Shown: piece after piece, positions 8,929-17,628 of the stretch | How the letters are laid out: every line of letters starts with the position of its first letter | Position numbering within the stretch: position 1 is the stretch's first letter | Source: Allobaculum fili | GTDB lineage: Bacteria; Bacillota_I; Bacilli_A; Erysipelotrichales; Erysipelotrichaceae | Length of the DNA stretch: 32,000 nucleotides | Assembly: GCF_020969955.1 (NCBI RefSeq) | Contig: NZ_JAHDSX010000004.1 | Location: 1 to 32,000, forward strand | Direction: 5' to 3' | Made by a program: the position numbers and the translations under genes | The notes under the pieces: model-generated | The model's database searches: none | Seen by the model: the letters and a program-made list of their open reading frames with translations, nothing else | Told to the model about the DNA's origin: nothing

Positions 8929-9474
8929 TCAAAATAAGAATAAAACCGCTCGCAAATCCGCAGACCGTTTCCATCGGGCAGGGCCATAGGCCGTTTCATC
9001 GCCCATCTTTTCGTAAACGGAGCCGATCCAGAATAAAGCCAGGTCGTTTCCAATATTTAATGGGCAGTTATTTAATGGGCAGTGTTTGATGAATGAGTTT
9101 CCGGCAGATCCGATCTGGATCCAGTGATATTTCTGCGCAGAGTTTCTGTGATTTCTGATTCCTTTCTTATGGCAGAGGCGGAAAACAGAAGACTTCCCAA
9201 AGAAAAAAAGCGGAGCAACGAACCCACCGGATTTCCAGACCAATTCACCCATATCATTCGGATTTGAAATCCAGCCAGGAAATGGAAAGGATGCATAGAC
9301 GGACGGCTCAGACCGATTCTTTGTGGCTCGAACAGGATCTAGTAAAGAATGCCTTCCATAAAATATGGAAAGCCAAAACCAGCTCATGCCGGACGGCAGG
9401 CGATAATCCGCAAACATGCAGAAGGCAAATCCTATGCCTCCAAAAATCTGGCCTGTTGAGTTAACCGCTTTCAT
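8929..9474 (-). CDS. Hypothetical protein (orphan ORF, W/F/G-rich); coding status doubtful
   Basis: This is the only ORF over 100 aa in the ~960-bp gap between the Lrp gene and gap. It has a weak RBS (GGAAAG) and no recognisable motif. It uses TCA/TTA-type codons that the core genes avoid, and it contains the 15-nt tandem duplication at 9054-9083 in frame. Confidence 0.3.
   Translation of the reverse strand: MKAVNSTGQIFGGIGFAFCMFADYRLPSGMSWFWLSIFYGRHSLLDPVRATKNRSEPSVYASFPFPGWISNPNDMGELVWKSGGFVAPLFFFGKSSVFRLCHKKGIRNHRNSAQKYHWIQIGSAGNSFIKHCPLNNCPLNIGNDLALFWIGSVYEKMGDETAYGPARWKRSADLRAVLFLF
9054..9083. repeat. Perfect 2 x 15-nt tandem direct repeat (TATTTAATGGGCAGT)
   Basis: Read directly: 9054-9068 and 9069-9083 are identical. 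Confidence 0.9.
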
Positions 9475-9745
9475 TCTGTAAGACTTTCCATCAATCCGTC
9501 TCTCTTCAGAAAATCAGGCGCCGATGCAGCAAAAAACATGCAGAGCGAGACAGGAATCATAAGCCCCTCAGGTGATGGGAAAATCCTGGAAATGCCTGCG
9601 GACAACGTATAGACAAACGGTCTGCATTAAGACGAAATAAGCAATTTGTATAGGCGATATCTAATGTGAATAAGACTAGATAAGTAATTAATATCGAGAT
9701 TATTATTCAATAGTTTTTGACTAGATCCGCCTGACCTCCTATTCG

Positions 9746-9774
9746 TTGACAGGATTTCGGGCAGCCCCTATAAT
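9746..9774 (+). promoter_or_regulatory. Consensus sigma-A promoter for gap
   Basis: TTGACA (9746-9751), an exact 17-nt spacer, and TATAAT (9769-9774) lie ~30 nt upstream of the AAAGGAGG RBS. An AT-rich tract at 9620-9720 sits upstream. Confidence 0.7.
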
Positions 9775-9805
9775 TAGATCGGTATTAAAGGAGGATTTAC
9801 TGATC

Positions 9806-10831
9806 ATGACAGTAAAAGTTGCACTGAACGGTTTTGGTCGTATCGGTCGTCTGGCATTCCGTCAGATGTTTGATGACCCCAACTACGAAGTAGTTGCGAT
9901 CAACGACCTTACCAACCCCGCTATGCTGGCTCACCTGCTGAAGTACGATTCGACTCAGGGAACCTACAAATTCGCCGACAAAGTAGAATCCACAGAAGAT
10001 TCCATCATCGTTGACGGTAAAGAAATCAAAATCTACAAAGAAGCTGACGCTTCCAAACTCCCTTGGGGCGATCTCGATGTTGATGTAGTACTCGAGTGCA
10101 CAGGCTTCTACACATCCAAGGCTAAAGCACAGGCTCACGTTGATGCTGGTGCTAAGAAAGTCGTTATTTCCGCTCCTGCTGGAAAAGACCTGCCGACAAT
10201 TGTTTACAACGTTAACCAGGAAGTTCTTACTCCTGAAGACAAAATCATTTCCGCTGCATCCTGCACAACCAACTGCCTCGCTCCAATGGCTAAGACACTG
10301 AACGACCTGGCTCCAATCAAATCCGGAATCATGACTACCGTTCATGCTTACACTGGCGACCAGATGACTCTGGATGGCCCGCAGAGAAAAGGCGACAAAC
10401 GTCGTTCCCGCGCTGCTGCCGTTAACATCGTTCCTAACTCCACTGGTGCTGCTAAAGCAATCGGTCTGGTTATCCCTGAACTGAACGGCAAACTGATCGG
10501 TTCTGCTCAGCGTGTTCCTGTTCCTACAGGTTCCACAACGATCCTCGTTGCAGAAGTTGAAGGCGAAGTTACTGTTGATCAGATCAACGCCGCTATGGCA
10601 GCTGCTGCTAACGAAAGCTTCGGCTACAACACTGAAGAAATCGTATCTTCCGACATCATCGGTATGACTTACGGTTCCCTGTTCGATGCTACCCAGACAA
10701 TGGCTACTCCTACAGGCGATGGCAACACCCTCGTTCAGGTTGTTTCCTGGTACGACAACGAAAACTCCTACACTTCTCAGATGGTTCGTACAATTAAGTA
10801 CTTCGCTGAGATGGATAAGGAAAACGCTTAA
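9806..10831 (+). CDS. gap: Type I glyceraldehyde-3-phosphate dehydrogenase
   Basis: I trimmed the ORF to the ATG at 9806 ([19 protein letters not shown]), which follows AAAGGAGG. The catalytic motif is [10 protein letters not shown] and the C-terminal block is WYDNE. The product is 341 aa. Confidence 0.95.
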   Translation: MTVKVALNGFGRIGRLAFRQMFDDPNYEVVAINDLTNPAMLAHLLKYDSTQGTYKFADKVESTEDSIIVDGKEIKIYKEADASKLPWGDLDVDVVLECTGFYTSKAKAQAHVDAGAKKVVISAPAGKDLPTIVYNVNQEVLTPEDKIISAASCTTNCLAPMAKTLNDLAPIKSGIMTTVHAYTGDQMTLDGPQRKGDKRRSRAAAVNIVPNSTGAAKAIGLVIPELNGKLIGSAQRVPVPTGSTTILVAEVEGEVTVDQINAAMAAAANESFGYNTEEIVSSDIIGMTYGSLFDATQTMATPTGDGNTLVQVVSWYDNENSYTSQMVRTIKYFAEMDKENA

Positions 10832-10849
10832 TTCACACTCAACAAAACT

Positions 10850-10874
10850 GAAGGCCTTCGGGCCTTCTTTTTTA
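10850..10874 (+). terminator. Intrinsic terminator after gap
   Basis: GAAGGCC-TTCG-GGCCTTC is followed by TTTTTT. Confidence 0.8.
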
Positions 10875-11325
10875 TTGCCGCTTAAGCAGGAAGCCCGATA
10901 TTTGAAAAAGCTGCCTTCAGCAAATTAAAAAATGGAGTGAGCACCAAATGATATTTGAGAAAGACGAAATATCGTCTGAAAGAATCACTGATTGCCTGCG
11001 AAACATAAAAAGGCCAGCGTGCTACGTAGAGGAAACGAGATTGAAACAACAAATAAATCGGTAATTCTGTTCAAATTAATCATCTGAAAGCGCTAAGAAT
11101 TAACTAATTAGTATAAACGCATTGCCTGAACTGGTATTTCTTTGACTGATTTATGAACCGATAATAAAAGCTGATCAATTCCTGTTGAAAGAAGGGCAAT
11201 CTTTGAACAGGGCTATCAGATCTTCGGGCGTGACCGAGAACGATTTCACGGTCAGATCGGATGAAACGCCAGGGCAGGCCTTTTTTCCGGTTAACAGATC
11301 TGAGATGCATAAGAAAGGAAACAGC

Positions 11326-14300
11326 ATGAAATTTAGAAAACTCACAGCTTCCTTGCTGTCTGTTGCACTTTCTGGAACAGCTGCAGTTTCAACCGTTCTT
11401 CCTGCTGCGTCCATGGCTGTACATGCCGAAGAAACAACTCCGACGGCAACGACAGACATGACGCAGTATGGCACCAATCTTGCACTCAATAAAACCGCGA
11501 CAGCAAGTTCTCAAGAAGCGGATTCTGTCAGAGCTTCCAATGCGGTGGATGGAAATACCTCAGCTAGCACTTCCCGCTGGGGTTCCAATGTAGGCAATGG
11601 TCCGGACTGGATCTATGTTGATCTGGCCAAACCATCTGTTGTGAACGCCGTTCGTGTGTTCTGGGAATCGCACAAGGCTACATCGTATAAAATCCAGTAC
11701 GCGACAGAAAACCCCGGAGCAGAAGCCTCCTGGACAGACGTAAAAGTCTTTAATAACCGTCCTGCGGAAATCACAGAAGTTATTGCGTTTGATACGCCGG
11801 TAAATGCTCGTTATATCCGTCTGTATATTGGATCGCATACACCAGATGATCCAATCCTCACTTCGATCCCAGAATGGAACTCGGTTTCCATTTATGAGCT
11901 GGAAGTGTATGGCGAAATCGATGCGAACTATCAGGATCCGCAGGAAAACGTAGCGCTGAATAAAACCGGAACGGCCAGTTCGACCGAAACGGCAGACTTC
12001 ACCGCAGCAAAGGCACTGGACGGAGATACATCGTCCAGAAGTTCACGCTGGAGTTCCGCTGAAGCAGACGGACCGCACTGGATTTACGTCGATCTTGGCA
12101 AAGAAATGGACGTACAGACCGTACGCCTCTACTGGGAAACACGCAAAGCCAGTAACTATACCATTTCAACCGCAACGGACGAACATACAGCCGAAGAACT
12201 GGCTGGAGAAGATGTCTGGACTCAGCAGTATTCCAATACTAGCCATCCAGCCGATCTGAAAGAAACCATCAGTCTGGATGCTCCAGTTAAGGCACGCTAT
12301 GTCCGCCTGAAAATCAACACCTTTACCCCGGAAGATCCGGATGGAGGCGTGACCTGGAATACCATTTCCATTTATGAAATGGAAGTATACGGCGGTATTC
12401 CACAGGCGCAGAAATGCAATTCCGTTGCCGATATCAAGGATGCTCTCGAACTGAACCCAGTTACCGCAGAATCCACGAAAGTTACAGCTAAGCTTCCAGA
12501 ATTTGATGCCGATCTGTTCGCCGTAGAATACAACGGTACCGACCTCGAACAGGTTGTTGATGCCAATCAGAATATTCTGAAACCATTGGTGGATAAGCAG
12601 GTCAAAGTTTCCTATAAGATTACGGACAAAACGACCAGCGCTTACGACTTCAAGGAAATTACAGTCACGATTCCTGGTGAACATCAGGTTGATGAAAACG
12701 ATAATGCAGTTCCGGAAATCCTGCCTCCAATCCAGGAATGGAAGGGTGAAGAAAGCGGAAGCTTTGCGATTACTGAGAATACGAAAGTTCAGTACGCAGA
12801 TGATAAATTTGCATATGCAGCCAAGGCGCTTGCCGATGACTATAAGGAAATGACCGGCAAAACGCTGGCTGTAGAAAAAGTAGCTGCTATTCCATCAGCA
12901 GCTGTGAACGATACCATTACGTTCGGTGCGGGTACTCCGGAACTTGGTGAAGAAGACTACCGCATGACGATCGGTCCAAAATCCATTCAGATTGGAGCCA
13001 ACCATTCTACCGCAGCGTATTGGGCAACCCGTACCATTCTGCAGGGACTCAACAACAGCGAAGACAATACTCTGGCTGCCGGTGAAATGCGTGACTATCC
13101 AACGATGAAGGTGCGCGGTCTGATTCAGGACGTTGGACGTAAGACCTTTACGCTCGACTATCTGAAACAGCTGGCCAAAGTGCTGTCCTGGTATAAACTG
13201 AACGACTTCCAGGTTCATCTGAACGATAACTATATCCAGCTCGAACAGTATAAGAACGTCAACGGCGAAGACCGTCGTCTGATCGATCCGTATTCGGCGT
13301 TCCGTCTGGAATCGGATATCAAAAAAGGCGGAAATGACGGTAAGAACCAGGCGGATCTGACCGCAAAAGACGTCTTCTATACGAAAGAAGAATTCGCGGA
13401 CTACATCGAAGAATGCAAGAAGATGGGTATCACCATTGTTCCTGAATTCGACATGCCGGCTCACGCGCTGGCCATGACGAAAGTCCGTCCGGATCTTAAA
13501 ACGCCGGATTCGGATATGCCGCATGTAACCACGAACGGCAACCGTTCCCCGGCTGACCATCTCGACCTGAACCATCAGTACGACGATGTCATGCAGTTTG
13601 TTAAATCCATCTGGGACGAATACACAACTGGCGATGACAAAGTCTTCGATACGCCGGTCATTCACATTGGTGCCGACGAATACGAAGCCGGTTCTGCTGC
13701 CTACCGTAAGTATGTAAACGACATGTTCAAGTACGCCGAAGACAAAGGCTATACCCCGCGTGTGTGGGGTTCTCTGACTCAGCTGAGCCAGGGGGATACG
13801 GTACATGGCGCGACCTATAACGAAGATGGAACCGTTAAATCCCGTCGCCAGATCAACCTCTGGAACTTTGGATGGTCCAATCCAAAAGCTATGTACGATC
13901 TGGGCTTCGACTTGATCAACTGCTCTGACGGAACCTTCTATATCGTTCCAAACGCAGGCTACTACTACGATTACCTCGGCGATTCGCATCTGTTTAACAC
14001 GGATATCACTCGCATGGGCAGCACCAAAGTGCCTGTCGGTGACGAGCAGATGGTCGGCGGTGCCTTCGCCATCTGGAACGACATGATCGACAACGCCGAA
14101 AACGGCATGTCCGAATATGATATTTACAAACGTACGATTCGTGCAGCCGGCATGATGGGAACCAACCTCTGGGGCAAGGGATCCATCACCCAGACAGAGG
14201 CTTCTGCGATTATCGATCAGTATCCGGAAGTTCCGGGAACCAACTTCAACTACAATGTGAACAAATCCGAAAACGGAGCGATCACTTCTGTAGATATGGA

Positions 14301-16047
14301 ATCCACAACGGATACCACCGGACCAACCAACAGCCTGACTGCTGGAAATGACGTTCTCAAAGAAGCGGCAGGCCGCAAGGTTCTTGACCTTTCTTCTGGA
14401 AAAACAGCCACATTTGATACGCTGAAAACAGCTGGTCTTTCCAACACGCTGCGCGTGAAAGTAAAACGTACGAGCGCGTCCAAAGATGAGCAGATTCTGT
14501 TTGAATCGCCATACGGAACGATCAAAGCGGTTCAGAAAGAAACCGGAAAAGTCGGCTTCTCGCGTGAAAACCACGATTACTCCTTCGACTACGAACTGCC
14601 GGTCGGCGTATGGACCGAACTTGAATTCCGCAACGAATTCGAAAAGTTCTCTCTGTATGTAGACGGAGAATTCGTAGAAACCGTTGGACGTGACGGGCGC
14701 GGATCGCTGAAAGCGACCATGATGTTCCCGCTCCATACCGTCGGCAGTGCAGAGCATCCATTCCAGGGCTATGTCGACGATATCCGTGTCGGAACTACCC
14801 CGGAAACTGAATTTGTCAATACGATCGCTCTCGATCGCAAGATCGATCTGCTCGGACAGGTTGCTCTTGCTGGCAATACAGACCTGATCAAGGAAGCGCT
14901 CGGCGTATCCGGCAAATATGCACCGACGGCTGCAGAAGTTGCAGATGTGACGAAGAAAGTTGAAGATGCAATTTCCAAAGCGGAATACGAACGTGCAGAC
15001 TACAGCCGCATTGACGCTCTGCTCGCTCTTGAACCAGAAGATCCAAGCGTATACAAAGCCTCTTCCATGGATGCCTTCAACCGCGCGAAAGACAATATCG
15101 TTCGCGATCTGCCGAAAGCTTCGCAGGCTGACGTCGATATGATGGCCTCCAACCTGGCTTCGATCCTTCTCGGAATGGAACTGCAGGATCTCAGCAAGTT
15201 TGAACTCGTTTCGCAGGATATCATGAAAGCTACGGCTTCCAGCAACCAGAGCGGGGAAGAACCAGCCAAGGCGATCGACGGCGATACGTCCACGATGTTC
15301 CATACCGACTGGGAGAATACCACCATGCCGCACTGGCTCGACATTGAATTTGCGACTCCGCAGACGGTCGATCAGATTCTGTATACGCCAAGAACCGGCG
15401 GCGGAAACGGTCACCCGCTGACTTACGACATCCAGACCAGCGATGACGGCAAGACATACACGACCGTTTACTCTGGTGAAATGACGAACTCTGGAACTGT
15501 AAAGACGATTAATCTCCCTGAAGCCGTAACTGCGAAGCACATTCGCATGGTGGCTAAGACGGCCCGCAACAATAACTTCTCCTGCGCGGAAATCAACTTC
15601 CACAAAGTCGTTACCGGAGCAGATACAGAAGGTCTGAACGAAATCATCGCTCAGGCGGATGCTCTCACGGCAGCCAGCTATCCAGAATCTTCCTGGAACG
15701 CCATGCAGACTGTACTGGCCAAAGCCAAAGCTCTGCCCGATACCGCAACACCGAAAGAAGTGGAAGCGATGAAGGGCGAACTGAGTCAGGCCATCTGCGC
15801 ACTGGCTGGCTCGACCGTTGTCTACGACTACACCCTGCTGCAGACCGTGATCGATGACATCACTCCAGCAAAACTTGCTGACGTCAAAGGCGCTGCTGCA
15901 CTGAATACGAAACTTGCTGCTGCGAAAGCGCTCGTAAACAACGCAGAATCTCAGGAAGCCATCGATACGATGACTGAAGAACTGCACGCCGCATGGCTTG
16001 TTGCTCGCTACAGCGTATCGACAGATAAACTGGCGGATCTCAAATAA
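11326..16047 (+). CDS. Secreted multidomain glycoside hydrolase family 20 (beta-N-acetylhexosaminidase / lacto-N-biosidase type) with three F5/8-type-C (CBM32) modules, a LamG-like module and FIVAR-like helical modules
   Basis: The start at 11326 (MKFRKLTASLLSVALSGTAAVSTVLPAASMAVHA, a signal peptide) follows AAAGGAA. There are two tandem discoidin modules (ALNKTATASS...WIYVDL...IYELEVYG and ALNKTGTASS...WIYVDL...IYEMEVYG). The GH20 catalytic block reads LNDFQVHLNDN...VPEFDMPAHA...HIGADEYE (D-E pair). A LamG-like segment ends in GYVDDIRVG. A third discoidin module reads AIDGDTSTMFHTDW...AEINFH. No LPXTG motif, C-terminal TM segment or obvious wall-binding repeat is present. Confidence 0.9.
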   Translation: MKFRKLTASLLSVALSGTAAVSTVLPAASMAVHAEETTPTATTDMTQYGTNLALNKTATASSQEADSVRASNAVDGNTSASTSRWGSNVGNGPDWIYVDLAKPSVVNAVRVFWESHKATSYKIQYATENPGAEASWTDVKVFNNRPAEITEVIAFDTPVNARYIRLYIGSHTPDDPILTSIPEWNSVSIYELEVYGEIDANYQDPQENVALNKTGTASSTETADFTAAKALDGDTSSRSSRWSSAEADGPHWIYVDLGKEMDVQTVRLYWETRKASNYTISTATDEHTAEELAGEDVWTQQYSNTSHPADLKETISLDAPVKARYVRLKINTFTPEDPDGGVTWNTISIYEMEVYGGIPQAQKCNSVADIKDALELNPVTAESTKVTAKLPEFDADLFAVEYNGTDLEQVVDANQNILKPLVDKQVKVSYKITDKTTSAYDFKEITVTIPGEHQVDENDNAVPEILPPIQEWKGEESGSFAITENTKVQYADDKFAYAAKALADDYKEMTGKTLAVEKVAAIPSAAVNDTITFGAGTPELGEEDYRMTIGPKSIQIGANHSTAAYWATRTILQGLNNSEDNTLAAGEMRDYPTMKVRGLIQDVGRKTFTLDYLKQLAKVLSWYKLNDFQVHLNDNYIQLEQYKNVNGEDRRLIDPYSAFRLESDIKKGGNDGKNQADLTAKDVFYTKEEFADYIEECKKMGITIVPEFDMPAHALAMTKVRPDLKTPDSDMPHVTTNGNRSPADHLDLNHQYDDVMQFVKSIWDEYTTGDDKVFDTPVIHIGADEYEAGSAAYRKYVNDMFKYAEDKGYTPRVWGSLTQLSQGDTVHGATYNEDGTVKSRRQINLWNFGWSNPKAMYDLGFDLINCSDGTFYIVPNAGYYYDYLGDSHLFNTDITRMGSTKVPVGDEQMVGGAFAIWNDMIDNAENGMSEYDIYKRTIRAAGMMGTNLWGKGSITQTEASAIIDQYPEVPGTNFNYNVNKSENGAITSVDMESTTDTTGPTNSLTAGNDVLKEAAGRKVLDLSSGKTATFDTLKTAGLSNTLRVKVKRTSASKDEQILFESPYGTIKAVQKETGKVGFSRENHDYSFDYELPVGVWTELEFRNEFEKFSLYVDGEFVETVGRDGRGSLKATMMFPLHTVGSAEHPFQGYVDDIRVGTTPETEFVNTIALDRKIDLLGQVALAGNTDLIKEALGVSGKYAPTAAEVADVTKKVEDAISKAEYERADYSRIDALLALEPEDPSVYKASSMDAFNRAKDNIVRDLPKASQADVDMMASNLASILLGMELQDLSKFELVSQDIMKATASSNQSGEEPAKAIDGDTSTMFHTDWENTTMPHWLDIEFATPQTVDQILYTPRTGGGNGHPLTYDIQTSDDGKTYTTVYSGEMTNSGTVKTINLPEAVTAKHIRMVAKTARNNNFSCAEINFHKVVTGADTEGLNEIIAQADALTAASYPESSWNAMQTVLAKAKALPDTATPKEVEAMKGELSQAICALAGSTVVYDYTLLQTVIDDITPAKLADVKGAAALNTKLAAAKALVNNAESQEAIDTMTEELHAAWLVARYSVSTDKLADLK
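11470..12388 (+). repeat. Tandem duplication of a discoidin/CBM32 module inside the GH20 gene (about 11470-11915 and 11944-12388)
   Basis: The two ~150-aa segments share the motif series LNKT-ASS, DG(N/D)TS, SRW, GP-WIYVDL, VR-(F/Y)WE, ARY(I/V)RL and SIYE(L/M)EVYG. This is protein-level similarity; the DNA has diverged. Confidence 0.6.
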
Positions 16048-16120
16048 GACTCTCAAAAATCCAGAAAGCCAAAGTTCTCTAAAAGGATGACAGGTTTCTT
16101 TGGATCTCGTTAAACCGACC

Positions 16121-16172
16121 AAAGGGCTTCTGCTCTCGTTTTCAAACGGGAAGGCAGAAGCCCTTTTCTTCT
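16121..16172 (+). terminator. Probable terminator after the GH20 gene
   Basis: A 13-bp stem AAAGGGCTTCTGC (16121-16133)/GCAGAAGCCCTTT (16154-16166) encloses a 20-nt loop and is followed by a T-rich TCTTCT. There is no clean T-run. Confidence 0.45.
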
Positions 16173-16579
16173 GGTGCGATCTTCTTCTGCAGATTGTGGC
16201 GATGTTTAACCGTGTCGGGCAAACTGTACCGGTATACGCAGAGAAGGGGACGGCGCCGAACGGGCGGATTCAGCCGACTTCCGATCTGGAGAATTGGAAA
16301 GCGCCCGGGAAAAAAAGGAGAAAAGAAAAAGAATCGAGTACAGGAAATCGCCAGAAAGGGATGAATTTTCAAATTTTTCTTCAGGAATATTTGCAGAAAC
16401 TTTTCTGTCGTAAAAATGACGGAGAGAGAAATCAAAGATCCAGTCGATCCAGCTGGGAATTTGCGGGAAAGCGTTTGAAGTTTCTGCCTTCGAAGCACGC
16501 TCTACATCCGGTTTCTGTTGTGTAAGCACTCAGAAGCAGGTAAATTGAAAGTAATTGTTTAAGAGAAAGGATTTGTAAT

Positions 16580-16825
16580 ATGGCAATTCGAGAACGCCTG
16601 GTTGACAGCGAGTACAGCCGGCTGGCAGAAGAGGTCGACGATCTGACGGCGGCCTATGTCGAAAGCATGAGAAAAGACGGTGTGGATGAAATGTTCATCA
16701 ACATGTTTATTGAAAACGCCAAACGGGAAAAGGCAGAACGCCTCGCGCAGAATCCCAGCGAGGACCGTTCTTCAGAAAAGGAATATCTCACCCAGTTTGA
16801 GGGGAAGACCGGAGGGAATAACTAG
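16580..16825 (+). CDS. Hypothetical small acidic protein (81 aa)
   Basis: The ATG is preceded by AAAGGA. The product is helical and charged (MAIRERLVDSEYSRLAEEVDDL...) with no recognisable family. Its stop lies 2 nt before the next gene's ATG. Confidence 0.5.
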   Translation: MAIRERLVDSEYSRLAEEVDDLTAAYVESMRKDGVDEMFINMFIENAKREKAERLAQNPSEDRSSEKEYLTQFEGKTGGNN

Positions 16826-16827
16826 CT

Positions 16828-17502
16828 ATGCAGGGATGGATTTATCTTCTTTATTTTGCGGTTTTTATCGCGCTGGTTGTTCTGATCCCGCCTCTGGTAA
16901 AGCGTTACTATTACCAGAAGCTGATGAACGATATCGATACCCAGAACTACGCGAAATTCCAGACGCATCTGGATTCGCTGCTGGCTAAGGTTTCCTTTTC
17001 CGCCTTTGAACGCGAAGCCATCCGTCTGACGATGATTGAAGCCCGACAGGATAAGGCGAAAATTGACGATCAGATTCAGTTCATGGAAAACATGCGTCTG
17101 AACCGTCGTCAGAAAGCCCAGTTAGGCGAACAGGGCTTCTATATTTATCTGGCGCAGGGAAAAATCAAAAAAGCTGCCCGCATGATGGACCTGGTGAAAA
17201 CGTACGGTACGCCCCAGCAGCTCCACCCGCTGGAAATTCAGTATTCGATTCTTCTCAAGAAAGAAGCGAAATATATTGATGAACTGAAGGAGAGACTGAA
17301 AAAGCTCGAAGATTCTTCCGGAAACATTCCGGAAAACCTGAAAGTGAACGCAGGTACGTTCCAGTATCTGATCGCTCTGCAGTACTCCTATAACAAGGAC
17401 AAGCCCAATACGGAGAAGTGGGCAAAACTGGCCCTGGAGAATTTAAAAGGAACACCAAACGAAGAAGAAATTCTGAAACTCCTTGGCCGCTCCGCTGCCT
17501 GA
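16828..17502 (+). CDS. Hypothetical membrane-anchored helical (TPR-like) protein (224 aa)
   Basis: An N-terminal hydrophobic helix (WIYLLYFAVFIALVVLIPPLV) is followed by a K/E-rich helical region. The gene is tightly coupled to the 81-aa ORF. Confidence 0.6.
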   Translation: MQGWIYLLYFAVFIALVVLIPPLVKRYYYQKLMNDIDTQNYAKFQTHLDSLLAKVSFSAFEREAIRLTMIEARQDKAKIDDQIQFMENMRLNRRQKAQLGEQGFYIYLAQGKIKKAARMMDLVKTYGTPQQLHPLEIQYSILLKKEAKYIDELKERLKKLEDSSGNIPENLKVNAGTFQYLIALQYSYNKDKPNTEKWAKLALENLKGTPNEEEILKLLGRSAA

Positions 17503-17535
17503 AAAACAGGCGGTTGAAAATCTGATAGAATATCG

Positions 17536-17559
17536 AAGGAAGTGAAAGCTTCCTTTTTT
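17536..17559 (+). terminator. Intrinsic terminator after the 224-aa gene
   Basis: AAGGAAG-TGAAAG-CTTCCTT is followed by TTTT. Confidence 0.7.
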
Positions 17560-17570
17560 CAATGGAAAAA

Positions 17571-17628
17571 ACGCAAAGTGCAGAACAGGACTGGCTGTTC
17601 AGCAATTCAATCCGTTTGCGTCTTTTTT
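17571..17628 (+). terminator. Second, larger hairpin plus T6 (tandem terminator or leader attenuator)
   Basis: There is an outer stem ACGCAAA/TTTGCGT and an inner stem TGCAGAACAG/CTGTTCAGCA (1 mismatch), followed by C and TTTTTT (17623-17628). Confidence 0.4.

Noticed and set aside
9746-9805. N-terminal extensions offered by the ORF track: gap from 9746, the TIR gene from 2521, GH20 from 11185, the protease from 29460, mrnC from 19104, rpmG from 21040 and the Lrp gene from 8847.
   Set aside because: Internal ATGs with strong AGGAG-type ribosome-binding sites and canonical protein N-termini (signal peptides, the NGFGRIGR motif) are better starts. For gap, the extension would overlap its own consensus promoter.
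12895-16122. A 1075-aa antisense ORF opposite the GH20 gene. Similar long antisense ORFs lie at 5080-6843, 7265-7855, 9797-10345, 17764-18252, 22918-23424, 23644-24543, 26460-27527, 29628-30761, 30966-31385 and 31395-31955.
   Set aside because: Each occupies exactly the same codon triplets as a well-supported gene on the other strand (checked by coordinates modulo 3). Absence of stops therefore just reflects the sense gene avoiding TTA/CTA/TCA. The products are low-complexity (V/F/R/G-rich), they lack an RBS, and no family is recognisable.
16100-16529. Three overlapping ORFs (141, 118 and 107 aa) downstream of the GH20 gene.
   Set aside because: They are mutually overlapping on both strands and span the terminator hairpin. 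They have no RBS and their products are K/R/S-rich and low-complexity.
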